Shown: positions 29,946-39,754 of the stretch, in pieces | Layout of the letters: each line of letters starts with the position of its first letter | Position numbering within the stretch: the stretch's first letter is position 1 | Source of the DNA: a bacterium | Lineage (GTDB): Bacteria > SAR324 > XYD2-FULL-50-16 | Length of the DNA: 64,000 nucleotides | Direction of reading: 5' to 3' | Assembly: GCA_032250835.1 (NCBI GenBank) | Contig: JAVVEA010000002.1 | Location: 32,001-96,000 of the forward strand | Made by a program: the position numbers and the translations under genes | The notes under the pieces: generated by a model | What the model saw: only the letters and a program-made list of their open reading frames with translations | Database searches by the model: none | Told to the model about the DNA's origin: nothing

Positions 29946-31238
29946 TTAGGTGGTGCGGTGCATCTGCTTTCGTTCAAATTGATAGGCCAACGCCAGCGAC
30001 ATAACTGCTAGCACCAGATTACAATAAAAAATAACATCCAATACGTTTAGCAAGCTCTGGTGTGATTGATATATCCAGACCACTTGAACAATGGCTCCAA
30101 TGAGCAATATAAAGATCGAAGCAAGACCCCCGCGAGCCATATTGTAGGTCATCAGGACCATCAACAAAGCCATAGGGAAAACAGCCATCACAAATTTGGG
30201 AATCAGCGCCACAGAGGTCAGAAATTTGGCCCCAAAGAGCATTGAAACGAGCATTTCAGAAAAAAAGAAAAAGGCCAGAGCCCCACTACCAGACAGTAAC
30301 GCCGTCAGACCCAAGGCTTTTATCAAAAGGTGAAAACTCCCTTCTTGCTTGGCACTGTTGGCTGCCACCATTGGGAATAAGGACAAAATCAAGGCTCCAG
30401 GCAGATACATCAGCGCCTTACTCACAATTGCGGCAGAGCTATAATAGCCCGCCTCTTCGGGGCTAAAGAGAGCTTTGACCAAAATTATATCCGACTGCGA
30501 AATCACCATAAACGCCGCATTGCCCATCAGCAGTGGCCAAACCTCTCGGAGCAGTTCCCGGCCCTTAATCGCACTAAAGGTGATCCCAAAGCGAAGGTTT
30601 TGTTTAATTTTCGGCACCACCAAGAAACTAGCCAAAAAAGTAGCTACGATCGTAGCGCCTAAAACCCCATTCAGCCCAAACCCCAATAACACAGCACTAG
30701 CACCGAAAACTACCCTCAAAACCGGAAACCCAGCGGCGATGGCCGAAAGGGTTCCGAAGGCCTGAAACCCTTGCAGCACGCCCGAATTGATCGGCATCGC
30801 CGTGTTGAATAAAAAGGCACCACACATGAATATCACCGGGAGAATCCCCGGGATTTGAAGGTAGGACGAAATTTGAGGTGATAGCATTGCGCCAATCAGG
30901 CTAACTACTAAGCCCACCAAGAAAATATTCCGGTAACTCCTCAGTATCAGACTATTGGCTATATCTCGTTCTTCTCGTGCTAGATGCTGCGAAATCCGTT
31001 TGGCAAGGTAGTGTGTGACCGTAGCAAAAGGCACCCCAGCAAGGGCCATAAAGGCAAAGAGAGCGTTCATGGCACCGTAATCGGACACACTCAACATGCG
31101 CCCCATCACCACCTGAAACAAATAAGAGAAAACATTCCCTAACATGGTACCGGAGAAGAGTACCATGGTTGAGCGCACCAGGGGGCTCTCCAATAATTTG
31201 GTAGCAAAAAACAATCTAACGGTTTGAGAGCGTTTCAT
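29946..31238 (-). CDS. wzx: Oligosaccharide flippase (Wzx/MOP family)
   Basis: 'SYLFQVVMGRMLSVSDYG', 'DIILVKALFSPEEAGYYS', 'LFPMVA'; about 12 TM. Confidence 0.85.
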   Translation of the reverse strand: MKRSQTVRLFFATKLLESPLVRSTMVLFSGTMLGNVFSYLFQVVMGRMLSVSDYGAMNALFAFMALAGVPFATVTHYLAKRISQHLAREERDIANSLILRSYRNIFLVGLVVSLIGAMLSPQISSYLQIPGILPVIFMCGAFLFNTAMPINSGVLQGFQAFGTLSAIAAGFPVLRVVFGASAVLLGFGLNGVLGATIVATFLASFLVVPKIKQNLRFGITFSAIKGRELLREVWPLLMGNAAFMVISQSDIILVKALFSPEEAGYYSSAAIVSKALMYLPGALILSLFPMVAANSAKQEGSFHLLIKALGLTALLSGSGALAFFFFSEMLVSMLFGAKFLTSVALIPKFVMAVFPMALLMVLMTYNMARGGLASIFILLIGAIVQVVWIYQSHQSLLNVLDVIFYCNLVLAVMSLALAYQFERKQMHRTT

Positions 31239-31304
31239 GGCACCGAATTAAGGGATAAACGTTAAGGCGAGCCGCCCTTTGAACCTAAAGATTTACGGCT
31301 ATAC

Positions 31305-31751
31305 CTAAGGCAACAGGATCCAACGATCCTGGGCGACTCCTAGCAACCAACCGGTATAGCTGTAATATAGAGGATGTAAACCTGATGCCATATAGCTGCC
31401 CAGGTCAAAGCCGATATGGATCGTGAACGAAAAACCTAAAAGTAGCAATGGCCATGCCCTTTTGGAATACTTCCAACCGATCCACATCAGAGCTAAAGCC
31501 AGTTCCACACTGTGCAGAGGCAAAAAAGGGTATGGGCTATCAAACAAAGCTCCATCAAGCAACCTTTGAACCGCTATGGTGGGCTTGGTGATCAGATGTA
31601 TAAAATGATCACTATCAATACCCCAACTGCCTGCAAACACGACCAGCAAACCAGCCTTATTCCACCTATTATAGGCCAGTACGAACAAAGGGGCCGCCAC
31701 TGCCAAGTGCAGTAACATATGAGTTATCAAGAAGGTTTGATAACCGCTCAT
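31305..31751 (-). CDS. Small membrane protein, putative metal-dependent hydrolase (YdjM/DUF457-like)
   Basis: Real start likely ATG 31751 (TGATG coupling with the upstream GT2); motifs HxxxH, 'IDSDH', 'PLHS', 'HIGFD' in TM context. Confidence 0.6.
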   Translation of the reverse strand: MSGYQTFLITHMLLHLAVAAPLFVLAYNRWNKAGLLVVFAGSWGIDSDHFIHLITKPTIAVQRLLDGALFDSPYPFLPLHSVELALALMWIGWKYSKRAWPLLLLGFSFTIHIGFDLGSYMASGLHPLYYSYTGWLLGVAQDRWILLP

Positions 31752-32644
31752 CACCTTTTTCTGGTCAAAAACTTTAACCCCACCATAAACCGCAGGAAGT
31801 ACATTCCCAGGCTCAAAAAAGGGTGAGCAGCAAGGCGCAGCCACTTGCCATGCTCGATAAAGACCCCGCAAAACCGGTAAGCGGGGCTGAATTGCCGCCG
31901 GATGTCCGGGTCGTCGGCTCCCCATTTTTGAATATATCCGTCAAAGGATTGGGCGTAGTAGCCTTTCTTTTTGAGGTAGGCCGTAAGGTCAAATTCAGCC
32001 TCGTTATGGTAGACCACCGCGCCGTAATCAGCAGGGTCAACACCGCGTTCCAGCAACAGGGTTTTGATTTCAGGGGATTGAGCGGCGCTGGGGGCCAGCA
32101 ACAATCCGATTGACCCGATCTGCTTGAACTTCTTGTCCAAGTCCCAATCTTCAGGACCGCTCATACTCTCATCAAAGCCGCCGATCTCGGCCAGTTTTTC
32201 TTTAGAGAAAAACCGGGCCCCATCGATCACGGTGCCATCATAAAAACGACGCTCAAAACGGCGCACTTGGCTAAAGAAATTTTTGCCCAAAACGATCTCA
32301 GGCAAATGCAACGCCACATGCCCGCCTTCTAACATCAGCTTGACTGCTTCTTCGATCAGGTTTGATGCCAAGATCATGTCGGCATCAATAAACATCAGCA
32401 ACTCGCCTTGAGACTTTTCCAGTAGGCCGTAATTACGTTGCGCCGAACGCTCCGGGCCTTTGTCAAAGACTAGGTCAGTGTATTTGCGGGCTCTTTCTTT
32501 GGTGTCGTCGGTGGACTGGTTGTCCACCACGATGGTCTCGATCGGCTGGTAGGTTTGGGCGGCAATGCTAGCCAAACAATGGTCGATGTTTTTGGCCTCG
32601 TTTTTGGTGGTGATCACCAAAGAGACCAGAGGCCTTGGCGACAT
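31751..32644 (-). CDS. Glycosyltransferase family 2
   Basis: 'VSLVITTKNE', 'VVDNQSTD', 'SAQRNYG', 'FIDADM', 'GGFDE...EDWD'. Confidence 0.92.
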   Translation of the reverse strand: MSPRPLVSLVITTKNEAKNIDHCLASIAAQTYQPIETIVVDNQSTDDTKERARKYTDLVFDKGPERSAQRNYGLLEKSQGELLMFIDADMILASNLIEEAVKLMLEGGHVALHLPEIVLGKNFFSQVRRFERRFYDGTVIDGARFFSKEKLAEIGGFDESMSGPEDWDLDKKFKQIGSIGLLLAPSAAQSPEIKTLLLERGVDPADYGAVVYHNEAEFDLTAYLKKKGYYAQSFDGYIQKWGADDPDIRRQFSPAYRFCGVFIEHGKWLRLAAHPFLSLGMYFLRFMVGLKFLTRKR

Positions 32645-34114
32645 CTAGGAGGCCTTTTTGTGGCCGCTACTGAAGTCCTTGAGGTGCCCCAAGACTTTCA
32701 TACCCGCCCTAAAAAGGAAGGCCAAATCGTCGAGGCTGCGCACGCTGGTTATCTTGCGCAGCATAAAGGCGGGGCTCAGCGCCGCCTTGTAGAGTTGCTG
32801 AGTGAAGACCTGTACCTCTTCGGTGCCTACCTCCGACTTCCAAACCGACTCGCGCATGTCGTAGCGGTCCCAATCCTCGGTCAAGAGCCACCCCTCTTTG
32901 CGGGCTTCATCAAACATTGGCGTGCCGGGATAAGGGACCACGATAGTAGCCTGTAAGCTGTCGATATAGCCCTTTAAAAACATATCGCGGGCAAAATTGA
33001 CGGTCTGCTGGGCGTCTTCTTTGGTTTCCCAAGGATAACCGACCATGGTGGTGATGTGGGGCTCTAAGCCCGCCTTTTTGGCCATCTTCATGGTCTCTTC
33101 GATCTGTTCGACTTTGATCCCTTTATCCAGACGGTTCAAAGTCTTTTGGCTCATCGATTCCAAACCGATCAAGATAAACCGGAAGTTGGCTTTGGCCAAA
33201 AGGTCCCACTCGGCCTGATCCAACGCACCAACGCGCATGTTGCAGCCCATCACTACCTTTTTGTGGTAGCCACGCTCGATCATTCCTTCGCAAAATTCTT
33301 TAAGCCATTCACCGCGCGGGAAACAACCAGAGTCATCAAAGATTTCGCGTACCCCGTATTTCTCGATCAGTTTGCCTACTTCGTCGAGGTGGCGCTGGGG
33401 ACTGACGGCCTTAAACTTTTGGCCCGGAAACAGAGTCGTCCAGCTACAGAAGGTGCACTTACCCCACCAGCAGTCGCGACCGGCCATCATGTAGGTACCG
33501 GGAAGATACTTATAGTTGCCGTTTTTTTCAGAATACAACTTCCAGTTGGTCAACTCGCGGTCCACGTAGGGCAGCTCGTTGAGGTCGTAATCGTAGGTGT
33601 GGGCCCCGGTATTTTTGATTTCACCGTTGTCGCGGTACCAGACACCGCCGGGTAGATCCTTTTTTTGGTCCAAGGCCTCGCAGAGCGCAGCCAGTTGGAA
33701 GTCAAAGTCCCCTCCGGTGGTCACGAAGTCTACCGGACAATTCTCCATACTCTCGCCAGGCATAGCGGTCACATGGTCCCCCATCAAGACAAAAAGCGTG
33801 TCCGGCATGGCAGCCTTCATCTCTTTGAGAATCTCCCAATGTAGCTTGATCACCGGAGTTTTGGACTCCAACGCAATCAGGTCAGGTTTTTCTTTGAGTG
33901 TTCGGGTCTTCCATTGGGCGAAGGTGAGTTCTTCGGAGATGCCGTCATCCCACAACACCTCAAAACCCTTGTGCTTAAGCAGGGTCGCCGCATAAGCGGG
34001 TACCATAGGGTAGATGTAGGTCGGGTTGTTGAACCACTGGAATTGCCGGTTCTGAGCGAGCAGGGGCACGCCTTTAGGGGAGTCCAGAGGGGGATAGCTG
34101 ATGGCAACTTTCAT
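32645..34114 (-). CDS. B12-dependent radical SAM protein (CX4CX2C variant)
   Basis: Start MKVAISYPP at 34114; 'YPMVPAYAATLL', 'GDHVT', RDCWWGKCTFC, 'IGLES', 'PYPGT'. Confidence 0.9.
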   Translation of the reverse strand: MKVAISYPPLDSPKGVPLLAQNRQFQWFNNPTYIYPMVPAYAATLLKHKGFEVLWDDGISEELTFAQWKTRTLKEKPDLIALESKTPVIKLHWEILKEMKAAMPDTLFVLMGDHVTAMPGESMENCPVDFVTTGGDFDFQLAALCEALDQKKDLPGGVWYRDNGEIKNTGAHTYDYDLNELPYVDRELTNWKLYSEKNGNYKYLPGTYMMAGRDCWWGKCTFCSWTTLFPGQKFKAVSPQRHLDEVGKLIEKYGVREIFDDSGCFPRGEWLKEFCEGMIERGYHKKVVMGCNMRVGALDQAEWDLLAKANFRFILIGLESMSQKTLNRLDKGIKVEQIEETMKMAKKAGLEPHITTMVGYPWETKEDAQQTVNFARDMFLKGYIDSLQATIVVPYPGTPMFDEARKEGWLLTEDWDRYDMRESVWKSEVGTEEVQVFTQQLYKAALSPAFMLRKITSVRSLDDLAFLFRAGMKVLGHLKDFSSGHKKAS

Positions 34115-34118
34115 AAAG

Positions 34119-35120
34119 TTATCTTCCAAGTTTGCTGGTGAAGTCTCGCCCGGACAAAAGTCCTTTTAGAAAGCGATAACCATACACGAAATGAGTACCC
34201 AAAAGATAGGGGGTGGTCGCCAACGAGATTACCAAACTTCCCGCTTTTTGCCAAACCCCAATGAGGTGAATCAGGATAGCCAACCCGTAAAGAACCCAGC
34301 CGAAAAAATACAACTGAGGCCCCGGCGGTGGAGCGAAACAGGATAGCCACCCAAACAATACAAACATAAAAAAACCAGAGGGCAGCATATAGCTTAACCG
34401 CAGAGAGGTTTGAGGGAGTATTTTGACAAAATAACCCCGATGCTCTCCATAGTTGCCAATTTGTCGCATATGCCTCCTGAAACCAGATCGGCGGTGGTGA
34501 AAAACTACCGCTCGCCCTTCATACAAAATCTTTTTTCCTAAACCGACCAACTCAGCGCAAAGCTTGGTGTCCTCACCGGGCCAAAAGGCGTTGTCAAAGC
34601 CGCCTACAGTAACAAAGTCAGACTTACGAACCAGCAAGTTAACTGAAGGCCAATCATCGACTTCAACTACCTCTTTATAAGGGTAGTAGCGCATCACCGC
34701 TGAGCCGTTTAAAGGCGAAAGAAAGGTGGCGCCCGAAACTTTTTGCCAAAAATTATCGTTAGCCGGAGTAACTTGAGGCCCACCAACTCCGCAGACCCGT
34801 GGGTCTTCAAAATGCGGGAGCGCTTGGTCTAGCCAGTCTGGCTGAGGGTAGGCATCATCATCAATGAAAGCCAAAACGGCCCCTTGGGCTTGTTGCGCCC
34901 CCAGATCGCGCTTAATCGCCGGGCTTACCGGGCCCGTTACGACTTCAGCATAGGCCACCGAGGTGGGGACGTGGGCGGCCAAAAAACCAGGATCAATGGG
35001 CTGGTCAGGCAACAAGATCACTTCAAATTGCCGGTTTTCAAGCTTCCCGATCCATTGAAGAGACTCAATTAGATAGTCCGATTCCCTTTGGAAGGGAATT
35101 ATAATTGAGACCTCGATCAT
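34119..35120 (-). CDS. Glycosyltransferase family 2 with C-terminal TM helices
   Basis: 'VSIIIP', 'PAIKRDLG', 'FIDDDAY', 'GGFD...GEDT', 'VFHHRR', hydrophobic C-terminus; start MIEVS at 35120 (alternative 35153). Confidence 0.9.
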   Translation of the reverse strand: MIEVSIIIPFQRESDYLIESLQWIGKLENRQFEVILLPDQPIDPGFLAAHVPTSVAYAEVVTGPVSPAIKRDLGAQQAQGAVLAFIDDDAYPQPDWLDQALPHFEDPRVCGVGGPQVTPANDNFWQKVSGATFLSPLNGSAVMRYYPYKEVVEVDDWPSVNLLVRKSDFVTVGGFDNAFWPGEDTKLCAELVGLGKKILYEGRAVVFHHRRSGFRRHMRQIGNYGEHRGYFVKILPQTSLRLSYMLPSGFFMFVLFGWLSCFAPPPGPQLYFFGWVLYGLAILIHLIGVWQKAGSLVISLATTPYLLGTHFVYGYRFLKGLLSGRDFTSKLGR

Positions 35121-35369
35121 GCTGGCTTTTCCCGGTTCATTCAGGGAATTCATAAATGTGGTGAGGGCGATAATAGGTGGTCATTTACCGATTTGGCAAG
35201 CCAAAGCCCTGCTTTTGAGGTTTCCACCAAAACACCCGCTTTGAGCAATGCCTTAGGTTCCCGCTGCCAGCCCCTTCTGGCTCCGCCACCTTTATCTCCA
35301 TGCGGATAAATGATCGCTAAGCCTAAGGGCTTTGGGCCGAACAATGCTGTAGGGTAGACTATGAATAGC

Positions 35370-36467
35370 TTAAAAAAAGCTCTTAACCACCGCGACCACT
35401 TCATCCACCTGAGCTTCGGTCAGCTCAGGGAACATGGGCAGGCTCAAAATTTCCCCAGCAAATAACTCGGCATTGGGGTAGTCGGCGGGGTTCCAACCCA
35501 TATCCTTATAAAGCCCCAAACGGTGGATCGGCACCGGGTAATGGATGCCGGCACCCACGCCGCTTTTGCCCAGATGCTCCAAAAGGGCGTCGCGCTGCTT
35601 GGATCGGATTACGTAAAGGTGGAAGACATGGCTGCCTGCTTCGCCTAAATCGGGGCAGATAATATCCCCCACGCCTTTGAGCTTTTCATTATACCAAGCG
35701 GCGGCACGAGCCCGCGAGGCACTCCAAGCGTCCAGGTGCGGTAATTTAACGCCCAAAACGGCGGCCTGCATGGTGTCCAAGCGGCTGTTGAAGCCGACCA
35801 TCTCATGATAATACTTTTTGGGGCTGCCCAGATTGCGCAGTTGGCGGATCTTTTCGGCTAGTGCGTCATCATTGGTGGTGATGCCGCCCCCGTCGCCGTA
35901 GGCCCCTAGATTTTTCCCAGGATAGAAACTAAAACCCGCCACTTTTCCCCAAGCGCCAGCCTTCTTACCTTTTTTCTGGGCTCCATGTCCCTGGCAAGCG
36001 TCTTCTACCACCGGCAGGCCGTGCTGGTCGGCAATAGCCATAATCGATTCAATATCAACCAATTGGCCATAGAGATGCACCGGCATGATGGCCTTGGTCT
36101 TGGGCGTGATCTTCGCCTCGATTTGGGCAGGGTCCATGTTGTAGGTGCCGGGCAAGCAGTCCACCAAAACGGGCGTCGCCCCACAATAGGTGATCGCCAA
36201 GGTGGTGGCCACAAAGGTGTTGGCCACCGTGATCACTTCGTCCCCTTCTTTGATGCCCAAAGCAACCAGCGCTAGGTGCAGCGCTTCGGTTCCATTGGCC
36301 ACACCGATGGCATGTTTAACGCCGCAATATTCGGCAAAGGCTTTTTCAAAGTCGGCTACCGGTTGGCCCAGCACAAAGTTGCATTGGGTCATCACGGCGG
36401 TCACCGCCGGGTCGATCTCGGCTTTAAGGGCTTTATATTGGCTTTGGAGGTCCACAAAGGGGATCAT
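35370..36467 (-). CDS. DegT/DnrJ/EryC1/StrS PLP-dependent sugar aminotransferase
   Basis: 'MIPFVDL', 'NGTEAL', 'PVHLYGQ', 'EDACQGHG', 'SFYPGKNLGAYGDGG', 'NSRLD'. Confidence 0.95.
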   Translation of the reverse strand: MIPFVDLQSQYKALKAEIDPAVTAVMTQCNFVLGQPVADFEKAFAEYCGVKHAIGVANGTEALHLALVALGIKEGDEVITVANTFVATTLAITYCGATPVLVDCLPGTYNMDPAQIEAKITPKTKAIMPVHLYGQLVDIESIMAIADQHGLPVVEDACQGHGAQKKGKKAGAWGKVAGFSFYPGKNLGAYGDGGGITTNDDALAEKIRQLRNLGSPKKYYHEMVGFNSRLDTMQAAVLGVKLPHLDAWSASRARAAAWYNEKLKGVGDIICPDLGEAGSHVFHLYVIRSKQRDALLEHLGKSGVGAGIHYPVPIHRLGLYKDMGWNPADYPNAELFAGEILSLPMFPELTEAQVDEVVAVVKSFF

Positions 36468-36659
36468 GGGAGTCCTTGAATCAGGTGCATAGAGTACGGG
36501 GCCTAGGCAAAATCTATGACAGCCCGCTTTCCTCCGTCAAGACAAAGCCCCTGGCCCGCTTTTCGGCCCACGACGCCCTTCGATTGACAGAGCGCCCTCT
36601 TCCGAGGGATTCTGTAGGTCAAATGTTCGACCCTTGCCCCTCCGCTAAAAGCAATCTAT

Positions 36660-37247
36660 ATGCGCGACTACCTAAAAGCCCAACTGGCCGAGAGCCTTGA
36701 AGTCAAAACCAAGCTCATCAACTCAGACAGCCTAGATCGGTTGGCCTCGGTGGTTGAGGCCTGCCTGAACAGCCTGCGCAATGGGGGTAAGATCCTAATC
36801 GCGGGCAATGGCGGCTCCGCTGCAGATGCTCAGCACATCGCAGGAGAACTGGTTAGTCGGTTTTATTTCGACCGCCCAGCCCTACCGGCCATCGCCTTGA
36901 CTACCGACACCAGCATCTTGACGGCCATAGGCAACGACTATGGTTACGAACGGGTCTTTGAGCGCCAAGTTGAGGCGTTGGGGCGTGAGGGAGACATCTT
37001 TATTGGACTCAGCACCAGCGGCAGCTCGAAAAATGTAATCCGTGCGGCCGAGGCGGCCAAACTGCGCGGAATATTCTGCATCGGCTTCGCTGGCGAAAAA
37101 CGAGGTGCTCTCAATGAAATCTGTGACCTCACCTTAAACGCTCCCAGTACGGTTACGCCCCGGATTCAAGAAGTCCATATCACCTTGGGGCATATTCTCT
37201 GCGCCGCAATTGAATCTGAAATGTTTGGGCCGCCTTCGAAGCCCTAA
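36660..37247 (+). CDS. gmhA: Phosphoheptose (sedoheptulose-7-phosphate) isomerase
   Basis: 'GNGGSAADAQH', 'TAIGNDYGY', 'STSG', 'RIQEVH'. Confidence 0.95.
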   Translation: MRDYLKAQLAESLEVKTKLINSDSLDRLASVVEACLNSLRNGGKILIAGNGGSAADAQHIAGELVSRFYFDRPALPAIALTTDTSILTAIGNDYGYERVFERQVEALGREGDIFIGLSTSGSSKNVIRAAEAAKLRGIFCIGFAGEKRGALNEICDLTLNAPSTVTPRIQEVHITLGHILCAAIESEMFGPPSKP

Positions 37248-37302
37248 CCCTTTGGCCGCACTAGATTCCCTTACCTCCCCTTGAGGGCTCTTTGAGAAAA
37301 GC

Positions 37303-38244
37303 ATGGATATTCAAAGCAAAATTTTTGTTGCCGGTCACCGGGGCCTAGTGGGCTCGGCGATCTTGCGGCAACTGCAGGCGAGGGGCTATACGAACCTAAT
37401 CACCGCGGACCGAAAGCAACTAGACCTAACCCGCCAACAAGCAGTAGAAGACTTTTTTACCCAACAGCAGCCCGAAGTGGTGGTCTTGGCCGCCGCCAAA
37501 GTGGGCGGTATTTTGGCCAATCGGGACTTTAAGGCGGACTTCATTGTTGAGAACCTGCTAATCCAAACCCATGTCATTGCCGCCGCCCACCGGATCGGTG
37601 TCAAGAAGCTATTGTTTTTGGGCAGCAGTTGCATCTATCCTAAGCTCTGCCCCCAGCCGATGAAGGAGGAATACCTCTTAACCGGACTGCTTGAGCCCAC
37701 CAACGATGCCTATGCGGTGGCTAAAATCGCCGGGATCAAGATGTGCCAAAGCTACAACGAACAGCATGGTACCAACTACCTGAGCGCTATGCCCACCAAC
37801 CTCTACGGCCCTGGCGACAACTTCGACTTAAACAGCAGCCATGTCTTGCCTGCCATGCTGCGCAAATTCCATGAAGCTAAACTAGCGGGCAACCAACCCG
37901 TAATCCTTTGGGGCAGCGGGACACCGAAGCGGGAGTTTTTGTTTGTCGAAGATATGGCCGAGGCTTGTTTGTTCTTGTTAGAAAAAGTGCAGGCCGGTGA
38001 CGCGCCCGGTGATCTGTACAACCTGGGTACCGGTGTGGATCTGAGTATAAACGATTTAGCGCAATTGGTCCAAAAAACGGTAGGCCACCGAGGCGACATC
38101 CTCTGGGACCGAGACAAGCCCGACGGCACTCCCCGCAAGCTTCAAGAGGTCTCACGGCTTAAGGGTCTCGGCTGGCAAGCTTCCACCAGCTTAGAAGACG
38201 GCCTAGCCCAGACCTATCAATGGTATTTGAATCAGCTAGATTGA
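37303..38244 (+). CDS. fcl: GDP-L-fucose synthase family epimerase/reductase
   Basis: 'AGHRGLVGSA', 'AAAKVGGI', 'GSSCIYP', 'YAVAK', 'MPTNLYGP', 'KPDGTPRK'. Confidence 0.93.
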   Translation: MDIQSKIFVAGHRGLVGSAILRQLQARGYTNLITADRKQLDLTRQQAVEDFFTQQQPEVVVLAAAKVGGILANRDFKADFIVENLLIQTHVIAAAHRIGVKKLLFLGSSCIYPKLCPQPMKEEYLLTGLLEPTNDAYAVAKIAGIKMCQSYNEQHGTNYLSAMPTNLYGPGDNFDLNSSHVLPAMLRKFHEAKLAGNQPVILWGSGTPKREFLFVEDMAEACLFLLEKVQAGDAPGDLYNLGTGVDLSINDLAQLVQKTVGHRGDILWDRDKPDGTPRKLQEVSRLKGLGWQASTSLEDGLAQTYQWYLNQLD

Positions 38245-38347
38245 CCCCGGCTTGAGAGTTGCATGATCACGGGAAACCCAAATATTGGGAAAACCTAACG
38301 AACCTGCCCGCTCGAAAGAGTCTAAACTTTATTGCAGACCCCAACCT

Positions 38348-39754
38348 ATGATCGCCATGATCTTAGCCGGTGGAACCGGCACCCGGCTTTGGCCCTTTTC
38401 GCGCTCCACCACGCCCAAGCAGTTCCTGAATCTGGGTTCTAGTCACGAGAGCTTGTTGCAAGAGACCTGTAAGCGACTCGAAGGCTTGATCAGCCCCGAC
38501 CGGCTTTGGATCGTTGGAGCCACAGCGCACCAGTATGAGTTGCAGCAGCAGATTGAAGAAGCGGTCCCGGCTTTTGATGTGAAGCACCTCCTGTTTGAGC
38601 CTATGGGCCGTAACACCGCCCCGGCCATCCTTTGGGGCATCAGCCGCATCCCTGAAGAGCAACGAGACGAACCGGTGGTGATCTTGCCTGCCGACCACCT
38701 AATCCAAGATGCTGAGGGCTTCCGCGAGAAATTGGCTGCGGCTCAAGGGCTGGCCGAAGAAGGCTGGATCGTTACCTTTGGGATCACGCCCAACCGCCCC
38801 GACACCGGCTATGGTTATATCCAAGCTGGGCAGCCAGTGGGACCGGGCTTTAAGGTCAGTAAATTTGCCGAAAAACCGAATCTGGATACAGCCCAGGCTT
38901 ATCTGGCCGAAGGGAATTACTCTTGGAACGCCGGGATCTTCATGGCCACGGCGCGGACCCTGATGACCCAGTACCAAGTGCACTGCCCAGAGCTTTACGC
39001 CGCCTTCTTCGAAGAAGAAAGCTGCCGTACTGAAGTAGTGACCCAAATCGACCAAGTCTACGGCGCCATCAAAGAAGACAGCTTCGATTATGCCGTCTTA
39101 GAGCACAGTGACCGCGTGGCGGTGGTGCAGATGTCGGTAGGCTGGAACGACTTGGGCAGTTGGGAAAGCATCTATGAGGTCAACCCCAAAGATGCCCAAG
39201 GCAACGCCACCCGAGGAAACGTAGTCTTAGAAGACACCCAAAATTGTTTGATCATTTCCGACAAACGCTTGGTCACCGGGGTGGGCCTCAAAGACCTGAT
39301 CATCGTCGAAACCGAAGATGCGCTACTGGTCTGCGACCTGAACCGCAGCCAGGACGTCAAGACCCTGGTCAACCACCTAAAGGCCGAAGACCGGGGTGAA
39401 TACAAATTCCACCAACGGGTGGTGCGGCCCTGGGGCAGCTACACGGTGCTGCGCGAAGGGGCGGGCTTTAAGGTCAAGAAGATTGAGGTTTTGCCGGGCA
39501 AGCGGCTCTCGCTACAACGGCACTTGCACCGCAGCGAGCATTGGGTGGTCCTCAAGGGAACCGCCTTGGTCACTAGGGGCAGCGAAACGTTGTTGATGAC
39601 CGAAAACCAGTCCACCTATTTGCCCAAAACGGAGCGCCACCGGCTGGAGAACCCCGGCAAAGAACCCTTGGAGATCATCGAGGTGCAACTGGGAAGCTAC
39701 TTGGGTGAAGACGACATCCAACGCTTCGACGACGACTTCGGGCGCAACGCTTAA
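38348..39754 (+). CDS. manC: Mannose-1-phosphate guanylyltransferase/mannose-6-phosphate isomerase
   Basis: 'ILAGGTGTRLWP', 'PKQF', 'RNTAPA', 'WNDLGSW', cupin 'RPWG...SLQRHLHRSEHW'. Confidence 0.95.
   Translation: MIAMILAGGTGTRLWPFSRSTTPKQFLNLGSSHESLLQETCKRLEGLISPDRLWIVGATAHQYELQQQIEEAVPAFDVKHLLFEPMGRNTAPAILWGISRIPEEQRDEPVVILPADHLIQDAEGFREKLAAAQGLAEEGWIVTFGITPNRPDTGYGYIQAGQPVGPGFKVSKFAEKPNLDTAQAYLAEGNYSWNAGIFMATARTLMTQYQVHCPELYAAFFEEESCRTEVVTQIDQVYGAIKEDSFDYAVLEHSDRVAVVQMSVGWNDLGSWESIYEVNPKDAQGNATRGNVVLEDTQNCLIISDKRLVTGVGLKDLIIVETEDALLVCDLNRSQDVKTLVNHLKAEDRGEYKFHQRVVRPWGSYTVLREGAGFKVKKIEVLPGKRLSLQRHLHRSEHWVVLKGTALVTRGSETLLMTENQSTYLPKTERHRLENPGKEPLEIIEVQLGSYLGEDDIQRFDDDFGRNA

Noticed and set aside
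31752-31925. N-terminal extension of the 206-aa ORF in the track
   Set aside because: Overlaps the GT2 gene in another frame; TGATG coupling supports a start at 31751
35150-35404. 84-aa ORF between the aminotransferase and GT2
   Set aside because: Overlaps the upstream gene end, GTG start, no recognisable motif; probably non-coding
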